Of a stretch of DNA of 64,000 nucleotides, positions 17,444 to 25,730 are shown piece by piece. The notes under the pieces were generated by a model. That model was not told the origin of the DNA. It ran no database searches and saw only the letters and a program-made list of their open reading frames with translations. The translations under genes were made by a program, and so were the position numbers. Each line of letters opens with the position of its first letter. The stretch's first letter is position 1. The DNA comes from Alphaproteobacteria bacterium (GTDB lineage: Bacteria; Pseudomonadota; Alphaproteobacteria; Micavibrionales; Micavibrionaceae), in assembly GCA_016125135.1 (NCBI GenBank), contig WGMJ01000010.1, forward strand, positions 35,885-99,884. Direction: 5' to 3'.

Positions 17444-17657
17444 ATTCACCCTCCTTGAAGACTTTATCGCTGATGAGTTCGAGGTCTGCGACAATATCGG
17501 CAATAAAGCCTGTGTCGCCCCAATTGATTTCGTCAGGATGTGTTCCGAAATGGTCATCGCAAGCCCCCTGTAAACGCTTTAAAATTGCGTCAATGCGGGC
17601 TGTGTGTTCAATAAACCTATCGCAGGCTCTTTGTTGATTTTCTTGTTTTTGGGTCAT
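17436..17657 (-). CDS. Small hypothetical protein (73 aa)
   Basis: ORF track. It is co-oriented with and overlaps the downstream small gene. Confidence 0.55.
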   Translation of the reverse strand: MTQKQENQQRACDRFIEHTARIDAILKRLQGACDDHFGTHPDEINWGDTGFIADIVADLELISDKVFKEGEYA

Positions 17658-17750
17658 CGTTTTTGCTCCTTTGTTAACACCAGTAACGCTTCATTTCCGA
17701 GGGTTATCAAGTCAATTAGCATCAGTTTTTGCTTATTCTTTTTTGGTGGA

Positions 17751-18197
17751 TCAGCGCGGCATTCGCATGTTATGCACAAGGCCTGCTGTTATCTTTTCTA
17801 TTTCTTTTTTAAAGTTTTCTTTTCTTCCTTTATATGGTGTGGACGAATCTGTCGTGTCTAGAGTGGACGAATCCGTCCGGTTTAGAGTGGACAGATCTGT
17901 CGTGGTAAGTTTGGGGCTGTGGATAAGTATCGACTTATCCACATGGTAGATATTCGATTGGCCACGCCCCCGTTGTTGCGTCGTCACCAGCTTATGGCTT
18001 TCCAATTCGGCTATAAAACGCTGGACATTCCTTGATGAAAAACCGAGCTCTTCGCCGAGCGTCGCCAATTTCGGAAAAGCCTGCCCATCTTTGCCCGCAT
18101 ACTGAATAAGGCGCGCGCAGCACAATTTTGCGCCAGGACTTAAATCTGTCCGGCGCAGTATCTCATTCGGGATTGGGGCAAAGGTCAATTTGCTCAT
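17751..18197 (-). CDS. Winged-helix/HTH protein, candidate replication initiator or regulator
   Basis: The N-terminal part (LSPGAKLCCARLIQYAGKDGQAFPKLATLGEELGFSSRNVQRFIAELESHKLV) resembles HTH_36-type domains. The C-terminus carries 8-aa repeats encoded by the 24-bp repeats. Confidence 0.65.
   Translation of the reverse strand: MSKLTFAPIPNEILRRTDLSPGAKLCCARLIQYAGKDGQAFPKLATLGEELGFSSRNVQRFIAELESHKLVTTQQRGRGQSNIYHVDKSILIHSPKLTTTDLSTLNRTDSSTLDTTDSSTPYKGRKENFKKEIEKITAGLVHNMRMPR
17839..17910. repeat. Three tandem 24-bp direct repeats (iteron-like) next to a roughly 55-bp AT-rich tract (17781-17836)
   Basis: The repeats are gtggacgaatctgtcgtgtctaga, gtggacgaatccgtccggtttaga and gtggacagatctgtcgtggtaagt. 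The GTGGAC cores lie at 17839, 17863 and 17887. Identity to repeat 1 is 20/24 and 18/24. Confidence 0.8.
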
Positions 18198-18577
18198 ATG
18201 CGGGCGGCGATCTTACCCAGCGCGCATTTATACATCTCCCAGGCTTTTGTACGACCCACGCCAAACTGCGCGCAGATCAGCTTCCAACGCACACGTTCAG
18301 CCCGTTGCCAGACGAGCTTGCGCTCGTCCACCTCCAACCAGCGCAGCCAAACAAATAGGACTTCCTCCATTTGCGTGATGTCGTCCATGCTTGGCCTGAC
18401 TCGCATCGGCTCTTTCTCCATTTGCAGGATTTCCATTTCATCGCGCTTGATTTTCGGCCATGTGCTGAAATATCCCTGAACACGCTCTTCGGGTAATCGG
18501 CGGAGCGTGCGCGCCGCATCATGAATGCGCTCTTCCACGTATTTTTGTTTTACGGTAACGGTCTTGGCTTTTTTCAT
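18194..18577 (-). CDS. Hypothetical phage protein (127 aa)
   Basis: ORF track. It overlaps both neighbours by 4 nt, in operon-like packing. Confidence 0.6.
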   Translation of the reverse strand: MKKAKTVTVKQKYVEERIHDAARTLRRLPEERVQGYFSTWPKIKRDEMEILQMEKEPMRVRPSMDDITQMEEVLFVWLRWLEVDERKLVWQRAERVRWKLICAQFGVGRTKAWEMYKCALGKIAARI

Positions 18578-18816
18578 GAGCGCACCTCCACGATAGGGTT
18601 GGACGGTTTCTGATCACGCTCAATGGATTTGAGTTTGATTATGCCGTCGATCCAATGCAGTGCTCTGCCGACCTCACGGACTTCCTTGATCAGCTGCTGG
18701 CGGATCATTTCCAGATCGTCATCGCTCAAATCTTTCAGATGCCCCACTGGCGTGTGTTGCACCCATTTAAAAACGGCATCACCAAGGTCGATTTTTTCTT
18801 GTACGGACAGTGTCAT
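18574..18816 (-). CDS. Hypothetical phage protein (80 aa)
   Basis: ORF track; same operon-like packing. Confidence 0.55.
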   Translation of the reverse strand: MTLSVQEKIDLGDAVFKWVQHTPVGHLKDLSDDDLEMIRQQLIKEVREVGRALHWIDGIIKLKSIERDQKPSNPIVEVRS

Positions 18817-18905
18817 GTTTGCTCCTTTTAGGTTTTGTTGGTCCTAAAAGCGCCGGTACAAGATTGCTTCGCCGAATGACGAAGCCCTCACGATTTTTTT
18901 TAGAT

Positions 18906-19478
18906 TTATTTCTCCTCCTGTAATTTTTTGAGATATTTCCTCAAGTTTTGTGCGCGGCTGGATAATGTTGAACGGTGTATGCCCGTTAGCTTGGCGGCCT
19001 CAGATACGCTGTAATCTTTGAGAATGTGGTAGGTTTCGCGCAGGGCGTCAGGCATGTCCCGAATGATGCGTTCTTCGTCCATCGCCAATTCCAGCGCCTC
19101 AATCGATAAAGGCGCATAGCCATCAGACCAAGGTAAATGCACCTCTGTTATCGTGTCCAAAAGCTCTATATGATCCACATCATCCAGCAGCGTTTCTGAC
19201 AGGCTCCGCTCTTTTTGACCCGTCCAGTTTTTCTGCGCCTCGGCATTTATGATCAGGTTTCGGGCATGATTATTGATAATCGATTTTATAAAGGCTTTGC
19301 GGTGGCCTTTGCTGGGATCATACGAGGACTCAGCCTTGATAAAAGCCAGCATCAATTCCTGCTCTAAATCCTCGAAATCATCCCGATTAAATATGGGCAT
19401 TCGCACCATTTGCCTGACTTTGAAAGCAATAAAAAAAGCGGCGTAGGAGTCTACGCCGCCGTAGCGGTTCTTCGACAT
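18906..19478 (-). CDS. ECF-like sigma-70 family protein
   Basis: Region-2-like segment (ELMLAFIKAESSYDPSKGHRKAFIKSIINNHARNLI) and region-4 HTH (YSVSEAAKLTGIHRSTLSSRAQNLRKYL). Confidence 0.65.
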   Translation of the reverse strand: MSKNRYGGVDSYAAFFIAFKVRQMVRMPIFNRDDFEDLEQELMLAFIKAESSYDPSKGHRKAFIKSIINNHARNLIINAEAQKNWTGQKERSLSETLLDDVDHIELLDTITEVHLPWSDGYAPLSIEALELAMDEERIIRDMPDALRETYHILKDYSVSEAAKLTGIHRSTLSSRAQNLRKYLKKLQEEK

Positions 19479-19679
19479 TTTTTCTCCTCCGAGTTGTTTT
19501 GCTCAGAGAGAAAAAATGCAAAAATAAGCGCAATTAGAAGACGTTATGAACGAATTGGTACAACCATTATTTGGTCGATACCGTCTAACCCTTTAGGGGA
19601 TAATGTTTTGATATTTATGGATACTGAAAAATCCTACAGCTGTATGATGTTATTGGTCATACAAACGGATGCGTGATTA

Positions 19680-20084
19680 TCAAATACGAAAACCAAACTG
19701 TTTTTCTTGGTCATCCCATAATAACGGGAATGGTTTTTCGACATCGCACAAACCGAAACCATCGGGCTGGTTTCCATCCAAAATGGCTTTGATGATATTT
19801 GGTGAAAGGCGGTTTAAACGCAAAATCCGCAGCACATATGAGCGGTTAATATTCTCAATATCGCTGATATCTTCGGCGCTATTGCATTTGCCGATTTTGA
19901 TCCATTTCTGCCATTTATAAGCTCGCCCCAGCGCTTTCAGGAGCTTTTCATCACGCCTGTTTTCACGATCAAGCCGTCTTAAATCTTGCCCTTGCGGCCC
20001 TACAATGACTTTTTTACCGCCCCATTTTTTCATGTTAACTGGCACGTGAATGACGATTTTCTGATTATCTGTATCAAGCTGCAT
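19680..20084 (-). CDS. Recombinase-associated hypothetical protein (134 aa)
   Basis: It starts directly after the recombinase stop (TAAATG). The C-terminal motif is SYVLRILRLNRLSPNIIKAILDGNQP. Confidence 0.6.
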   Translation of the reverse strand: MQLDTDNQKIVIHVPVNMKKWGGKKVIVGPQGQDLRRLDRENRRDEKLLKALGRAYKWQKWIKIGKCNSAEDISDIENINRSYVLRILRLNRLSPNIIKAILDGNQPDGFGLCDVEKPFPLLWDDQEKQFGFRI

Positions 20085-21443
20085 TTATGATGCCTCCCTT
20101 AATTTCTCTTGTTTATTGATGGTCAGCTGAAGCTGGTGGACAACATCCTCAATCCCGCTGGCGCGATATTCAATATCGACACCATTTGATTTGACGACCA
20201 CCCGTGAAATCAATAACTGCGTGATGCGTTTTTGTTCGCCAGGATAGAGTAAATCCCAAAATGACCCCAGCCGCCTTAAACTTTCGTGCAGCTCATATTC
20301 CTGAAATGCTGGATTGTCTTTTTTGGCATGTCGCCACACCTCCACCAATATTTTCGGGCTTGCAAAGATGGCTTTGAGCTGCCCTTTGATAATGGCATCA
20401 ATTTCACCTGCAGGGATGCGGCTCACAGGACATTCACCGCAACTGTGCTGGCGATAAGAATTGGTAACGTAATAATCATAGCGCTTGTCTTTTTTCTTGG
20501 TGTAGGTCGGTGACATAGCCCCGTGACACCCACCGCAAACAATAATCCCTTTCAAGAGAGCATCAGATTTAGCGGCATAGGTACGTTTGCTTTTGACCGT
20601 CGCTTTTTCAGCAAGAACTTCCTGCGCCTTGTTAAAAAGCTCCATTGATATAATCGGTCTATGCAGACCAGGGTAATACGTGCCTTTGTGATGAACCTCG
20701 GCAATATAGAGCCTGTTTCTCAAAATGGTTTTGACTGTCGCGGTACCATATTTATGGCCTCCTCGGCGTTGACCTGTACGACTGGTGTAAGATTTTGTTT
20801 TATAGCCTTCATCATTTAACTTTTTCAAAACCAGTGAAATAGACCCGCCAAGCAGGACATAGGTCTCAAAGATATATTTTACCTGTTCGGCTTCAACAGG
20901 ATTGATGATGAGTTTACGGTCAACAACATCATAACCCAGCGGAGGCGGGCCGCCCATCCACATGCCTTTCTTTTTCGATGCGGCAAACTTATCGCGGATA
21001 CGCTCTCCGGTGACTTCACGTTCAAACTGGGCAAAGCTGAGCAGGATGTTCAGCGTTAATCGCCCCATGGAATCTTGCGTATTAAAATGCTGGGTGACAG
21101 AGACAAAGCTCGTGCCATACGCATAAAACACCTCTACCAGCTTGGCAAAGTCGGCCAGCGAGCGTGTCAAACGGTCAACCTTGTAAACCACCACAGTATC
21201 AATGCGACCGGCTTTGATATCCTCAATCAGTTTCTTCAATCCTGGGCGGTCCATATTCCCACCCGAGAACCCGCCATCATCATACAGATCAGGAATGATA
21301 CGCCAGCCTTCATGCTTCATCGCCTCGACATATTTTTCACCAGCCTCGCGCTGGGCATCCAGCGTGTTGTAATCCATATCAAGACCTTCTTCTGTGGATT
21401 TACGGGTGTAGATGGCGCAACGGACTATTTTCTTTTGCTGCAT
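20085..21443 (-). CDS. Large serine recombinase (resolvase/invertase catalytic domain + recombinase domain + zinc ribbon)
   Basis: CAIYTRKSTEEG carries the catalytic Ser. Also present are VVVYKVDRLTRS and the Cys cluster CGGCHG...CGEC. Confidence 0.9.
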   Translation of the reverse strand: MQQKKIVRCAIYTRKSTEEGLDMDYNTLDAQREAGEKYVEAMKHEGWRIIPDLYDDGGFSGGNMDRPGLKKLIEDIKAGRIDTVVVYKVDRLTRSLADFAKLVEVFYAYGTSFVSVTQHFNTQDSMGRLTLNILLSFAQFEREVTGERIRDKFAASKKKGMWMGGPPPLGYDVVDRKLIINPVEAEQVKYIFETYVLLGGSISLVLKKLNDEGYKTKSYTSRTGQRRGGHKYGTATVKTILRNRLYIAEVHHKGTYYPGLHRPIISMELFNKAQEVLAEKATVKSKRTYAAKSDALLKGIIVCGGCHGAMSPTYTKKKDKRYDYYVTNSYRQHSCGECPVSRIPAGEIDAIIKGQLKAIFASPKILVEVWRHAKKDNPAFQEYELHESLRRLGSFWDLLYPGEQKRITQLLISRVVVKSNGVDIEYRASGIEDVVHQLQLTINKQEKLREAS

Positions 21444-21931
21444 TATTTACCCCCTCCCATCTTACGAGATCGTCTATAGGGGCGAGGGTTTTCCTTTTTA
21501 CCCAGACCAAAAAATACATTGCCGTTCCAGCGCGTACCTGTGATGGCATATGCAACGCCAGACAGGCTTTTATATTTAACGCCCTGATACTCGTATCCTT
21601 CCTCCAGCACCGTGACATGATGCTCAACGCCTTTGACCTCCCGCACCAATCGTGTGCCAATGGCAAGGCGGGAGATATCGCCTTTGCGTTCTTTCAGGGA
21701 TTTGTTTTCAGCCAGCGCCTCAAGCCGATCTATTGTCTGTTTGGTCAAACCGCCAAAAGACAATTCCTGAATACGGTAAATTAATTCCCCCATCAGATAG
21801 CTTTTGTTCGATCTGCTTTTGGGAGGATCATCAAAATAGCGTGGCCATTCCGCCAACAACTCTTTTGCGCTCATATTTTCAAACTCCGCCGCCGTTTTTA
21901 CAACATTGATATTCATGTCTAACTCCTTCAT
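21443..21931 (-). CDS. DUF2924 domain protein
   Basis: The segments LIYRIQELSFGGLTKQTIDRLEAL and YKSLSGVAYAITGTRWNGNVFFGL match DUF2924 from memory. The gene overlaps the recombinase start. Confidence 0.7.
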   Translation of the reverse strand: MKELDMNINVVKTAAEFENMSAKELLAEWPRYFDDPPKSRSNKSYLMGELIYRIQELSFGGLTKQTIDRLEALAENKSLKERKGDISRLAIGTRLVREVKGVEHHVTVLEEGYEYQGVKYKSLSGVAYAITGTRWNGNVFFGLGKKENPRPYRRSRKMGGGK

Positions 21932-22143
21932 TTCCCTTGTTGTTTTGAGAATTTTTTGTTGTTAGAGCATGAATGCTTCGAAGTGACCGGAAGTCCAGTC
22001 AAACCTCTCTTATTCTCGAGGTTTTTCAATATGTTGGCATCATCCTGATTATCTCTAGATACGGCCTTGGCCAGAATGGATGCTATTTCTTTCAAACGCT
22101 CATTCGCGCTCATTTCGTCGGGCAGTTTTGTACTTAATCGCAT
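21928..22143 (-). CDS. Small hypothetical protein (71 aa), first gene of the recombinase module
   Basis: ORF track; 4-nt overlap with the DUF2924 gene. Confidence 0.5.
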   Translation of the reverse strand: MRLSTKLPDEMSANERLKEIASILAKAVSRDNQDDANILKNLENKRGLTGLPVTSKHSCSNNKKFSKQQGK

Positions 22144-22446
22144 GTGAGAACTCCATATTTGTTGTTGCTCTGATGCTGGTACAAAGTCGGATGCTGAAAT
22201 GACGAAGGTCGATGAAAAAAATTTGATAAGTTAGAAAACCACTGAAAAAGATACCATTCATAGGATGCCAACCCTCATTTTTGAAAATAATTATAAATCA
22301 AGGTGTTAAGCTGAGTACGGAAAATCAAAAAGGTGCTCAGAGAGGTGAGAGAATGAGAGGTTTGAGAGAGAATTTTGCCCTGCTATTTTTTCTAACCGTA
22401 CTCACAGGCATAGGCGAAACAGCGCAGAAACACGCTTTTTTCAGGC

Positions 22447-22472
22447 ATAAAAAAACACCCATAAAGGGCGTT
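22447..22472 (-). terminator. Terminator downstream of tRNA-Tyr
   Basis: On the minus-strand RNA the hairpin is ACGCCC-UUUAU-GGGUGU, followed by UUUUUUU. Confidence 0.5.
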
Positions 22473-22484
22473 TGTAAATTTAAA

Positions 22485-22570
22485 TGGTGGAAGGGGTAGG
22501 ATTCGAACCTACGTACGCTCACGCGGGCAGATTTACAGTCTGCTGCCATTAACCACTCGGCCACCCTTCC
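22485..22570 (-). tRNA. tRNA-Tyr (anticodon GTA), 86 nt including the encoded CCA; long variable arm
   Basis: The reverse complement is GGAAGGGTGGCCGAGTGGTTAATGGCAGCAGACTGTAAATCTGCCCGCGTGAGCGTACGTAGGTTCGAATCCTACCCCTTCCACCA. It folds with a 7-bp acceptor stem, anticodon stem GCAGA/TCTGC, loop CTGTAAA and T-arm GTAGG-TTCGAAT-CCTAC. Confidence 0.93.
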
Positions 22571-22765
22571 TTGTAGGTTTATTGCTATTTACTAACTGCC
22601 TTGGCCGTCTATTTGCCTTTTCTGCGCTTCCGCGGCTCGTGTACTTTTATGTACACTCCGCTGCGGTTCTCGAAAAAGCGGCATATCCGGACTCAAGCCA
22701 GCGTAAATTTCAACAAACCTACTGCAGGCTCTGGACAAAAAGCCAGAAACAGAAGAAAAGATATT

Positions 22766-23587
22766 ATGCGTCATAAGTCAAGCCATAATCATCGCGGGAG
22801 GCCCCAAAAAGCCCCGAACCATGACGGGAGAAAAGGGGTTATTCCGCGTATAGCCGCGAACCTTTTCGGGTTTCACGCCGTTAGCGAGGCATGGATAAAC
22901 CCGCAACGGCATTTTCATGCACTCTATATGACAGAAACTACCCGCGCCGAATTCGAACCTTTTTTGAAGGACGCACAGGCTGCCGGCTTGCGCCGCCCGC
23001 CAATACAAATCGTCAACAAGGACGTGATTGACCGCGCGCTTCCGCGCGACACTGTGCACCAAGGTATTGCTGCCGATACCGAGCCGCTTGAGGAAATTGA
23101 TTTAAGCGATGTGATGCGCGAGATAGACCAGGCGGGCAAGGGCTTACTGCTAATGCTTGACCAAGTGACGGACCCGCACAATGTAGGCGCTATTATGCGC
23201 TCGGCCTGTGCGTTTGGTGTGAAGGGCATTGTTATGCAGAGCATGAATGCACCTGAAATTGGCGGCATTATTGCCAAAACCGCTTGCGGTGCGGCCGAGC
23301 ATATCCCGCTGCTTTATGAAACGAATTTAACGCGCGCTATGGACGCGCTGAAGCGTGACGGGTTTTTTATTTACGGGCTGGATGAGCGCGGCGAGGTGGA
23401 TATTGCCAAGCTGAACCCTGCGCCCAAAAGCGTGATTGTGCTGGGGGCAGAAGGGGCGGGGCTGCGCCGCCTGTTGAAGGAAAACTGCGACCAGCTGGTC
23501 AGTTTGCCCACCACAGGGCGGATCAAAAGCCTGAATGTCTCGAATGCTGCGGCTGTGGCTGTTTTTGCCGCCATCCAGAAGCTTTAA
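22766..23587 (+). CDS. rlmB: TrmH/SpoU-family RNA 2'-O-methyltransferase, RlmB-like
   Basis: SpoU substrate-binding-like N-terminus (LFGFHAVSEAW) and SpoU motifs (DQVTDPHNVGAIMRSA, VLGAEGAGLR, SLNVSNAAAV). The ATG at 22766 is preferred over the track start. Confidence 0.8.
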   Translation: MRHKSSHNHRGRPQKAPNHDGRKGVIPRIAANLFGFHAVSEAWINPQRHFHALYMTETTRAEFEPFLKDAQAAGLRRPPIQIVNKDVIDRALPRDTVHQGIAADTEPLEEIDLSDVMREIDQAGKGLLLMLDQVTDPHNVGAIMRSACAFGVKGIVMQSMNAPEIGGIIAKTACGAAEHIPLLYETNLTRAMDALKRDGFFIYGLDERGEVDIAKLNPAPKSVIVLGAEGAGLRRLLKENCDQLVSLPTTGRIKSLNVSNAAAVAVFAAIQKL

Positions 23588-23675
23588 AAGCAAATATGTA
23601 TATTAAAAAGTTGCATTTTTAGAGCGATTCTGATTTTATTCATAAACTGTTAACCTTTTCCGCAGGTTAGGGTCA

Positions 23676-25619
23676 ATGAAGGGTCTGAAATCACTAGCAA
23701 AAAAGGCCTTTATGGCTGTTGTAGGTGCGCCGTTAATGGCGTTCGCCGTTGCTGGTGCTGCCCACGCACAGGATATTGATGGCGCACGCGGCTTTGACCC
23801 GTATAACGCCATGGCGCAACGTACCGCCAATGAAACCGGCTATGATGTTACCTCTGTTCATGGGGATGTTTTCCGCCCGCAAGGACGTGGTGTTGAGCTT
23901 GCTGCTTCTTATACATCTGCGCCGGCCCCACAAATAATTACACCGCCACCTGCTGCGCCGACACCTGCACCTTCTGTTGTAACAATAGAAGAGCCAACTG
24001 CGTTTGAAACTGCAAGTGTTGCAGATAATGGCGGCGGGCCTCTGTCACTTGCGCCAGCTGCTACACAAGTCGTAGACGCAGAGATTCCTGTTGAAGAACT
24101 TGTTATTACTATGGCGGCTTTCAACCCGCATGAAGCGCTCACAAGCTACACGACAGATACGAATGCGGATTACCAGACGATTGTTGGGTTATACCAGCGC
24201 ATCCTCGAGCTTTCGCCGTCATTGCGCAGGGAAGACCCGATGAAGGTTTTCATGTTCGCGCACGTGCTTTACGAGGAAGACCGCGATATCGTACAGCAAT
24301 TAAGTGCGCGTTCCTTGCAGCATTACCGCGGCCTTTTGATTGATGGTGGTAATATTCTGGGTGTTGCACAGGGTGGTAACCAGCCTTTGTATGATCGCCT
24401 TGTTGTGCTTTCACGGCGCGGCGATATTGCAGGCGTATTAAGAACAGGTTTTCAGGCATTCAATACAGAGTATCTTCCTGCCTTTGGTGCTGATGCATTA
24501 CTGGATAACGGACAGTATGCGCAAGCGCTGATGCTTTCGCACCTTGCGTGGAACAGAGGCCGTGGGGGTGTTCAGGCTGTGCGCGGAAGCCACGCGTCTT
24601 TCGCCGATATGTCGGCCGAACAAATACGTGAAAATGCGTGGCGCGCTTATGGCCGCACCCGCCCGATGACATTTAACGGGAATAATTTAACTGCTCGTCA
24701 GTTGGGCCAGTTCCGTGCTGCGTGGCGTGACCGTGTTGATCGTACATTTGATTTTGGTTCTGTATTCCAGACCGCCGTTCTTTCACAGCCCGCTGTTGCC
24801 AGCGTGACTTACCGCGGCGATGATGGCCGCTATTATAATGTTGATGATAACACACCTGTTGCAACCGCTACGCCGGATGCCGGAGGCTTCCAGACAGCAG
24901 GCGGTAGTTTTGTAGGTTTTGTCCCCTCAGCCGAGGCACCGGCCGAAGTTGTAACGCCTGTTGTGTTCCGCCCTGAAAATACTGCGCCTGTGGTAACGGC
25001 ACCTGTGATTGCGACGCCGCCACGGACTTTGGTTTCAGTCGGCAGCCGTGCAGAAGAATCGAGCGCGACTTTTGTCAATATGGTAGATTCACCCTCGGCA
25101 CGCTATGGCTCGGGTTACAGTCTTGCACGCGAGCATTCAATTCTACGCGATCTATTTGGCCAGGCGCTTGTAAGGCCACACCGCGGGATCGATATTCCAG
25201 CGCCTTTAAATTCACGCATTCGTCCTTATGGTGAAGGTGTTGTTGCGGCTATACGCACTGGGTGGAATGGTGGTTTCGGCAGGCAGGTATGCATCGAGCA
25301 TTCACCACAAGTGCGCACATGCTACGCCCACATGAACCGTTTTGCACGTGGCTTGCGCGTGGGGGATCGAGTAACCGCCGATCAGGTTATCGGATATGTG
25401 GGGAGTGATGGTCTTGCCGATGGAAACCATCTGCATTTCAGCGCGGAATACCGCACGTTGGCTGATGCCGAAGCAGGGCGTGATAACTGGGTTTTTGTGA
25501 ACCCGCACCGTCTGCGTCGTGAAATTTCTGCCCCCGTTGTGGCAGAAACCCAGCCGCAAATGCAGTTGGCTACAGCAGAGCCTGCCCCACAAGGCTTTAA
25601 CGCCTTCACGCTTTACTGA
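23676..25619 (+). CDS. Secreted M23-family metallopeptidase (647 aa) with a long N-terminal region
   Basis: Signal peptide ...AGAAHAQ, a Pro-rich linker, and a C-terminal M23 core (HRGIDIPAP ... GNHLHF). Confidence 0.85.
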   Translation: MKGLKSLAKKAFMAVVGAPLMAFAVAGAAHAQDIDGARGFDPYNAMAQRTANETGYDVTSVHGDVFRPQGRGVELAASYTSAPAPQIITPPPAAPTPAPSVVTIEEPTAFETASVADNGGGPLSLAPAATQVVDAEIPVEELVITMAAFNPHEALTSYTTDTNADYQTIVGLYQRILELSPSLRREDPMKVFMFAHVLYEEDRDIVQQLSARSLQHYRGLLIDGGNILGVAQGGNQPLYDRLVVLSRRGDIAGVLRTGFQAFNTEYLPAFGADALLDNGQYAQALMLSHLAWNRGRGGVQAVRGSHASFADMSAEQIRENAWRAYGRTRPMTFNGNNLTARQLGQFRAAWRDRVDRTFDFGSVFQTAVLSQPAVASVTYRGDDGRYYNVDDNTPVATATPDAGGFQTAGGSFVGFVPSAEAPAEVVTPVVFRPENTAPVVTAPVIATPPRTLVSVGSRAEESSATFVNMVDSPSARYGSGYSLAREHSILRDLFGQALVRPHRGIDIPAPLNSRIRPYGEGVVAAIRTGWNGGFGRQVCIEHSPQVRTCYAHMNRFARGLRVGDRVTADQVIGYVGSDGLADGNHLHFSAEYRTLADAEAGRDNWVFVNPHRLRREISAPVVAETQPQMQLATAEPAPQGFNAFTLY

Positions 25620-25730
25620 TAAATTCCCTATATTTCCTGCAGCTTTTATTGTTTTTTAAAGGCTTTTTCTATATTATATCAATTGTAATTATTAATAAAT
25701 TATGTAAAAAATAATTGGTAACAAGCGGTA

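Larger units (their letters stand above)
1..22440. mobile_element. Prophage-like integrative element, right-hand part. The left end lies outside the window. The right boundary is somewhere in 22144-22484, next to tRNA-Tyr.
   Basis: Contiguous lambda-type head/packaging genes, phage-type orphan methyltransferases, an ori-like iteron block and a serine recombinase module abutting a tRNA 3' end. Base composition is visibly mosaic, with AT-richer cargo blocks. Confidence 0.7.

Noticed and set aside
22336-22375. A GA-rich run (gagaggtgagagaatgagaggtttgagagagaa) near the element/tRNA junction, considered as an att core or a tandem repeat.
   Set aside because: There is no exact periodic unit and no second copy in the window. 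The att site cannot be defined without the other end of the element.
22601-22765. The upstream extension of the rlmB ORF, with the track start at 22601 only 31 nt from the tRNA-Tyr 5' end.
   Set aside because: The extension encodes a basic, low-complexity peptide with no SpoU-family counterpart. The ATG at 22766 gives a normal-length RlmB-like protein.
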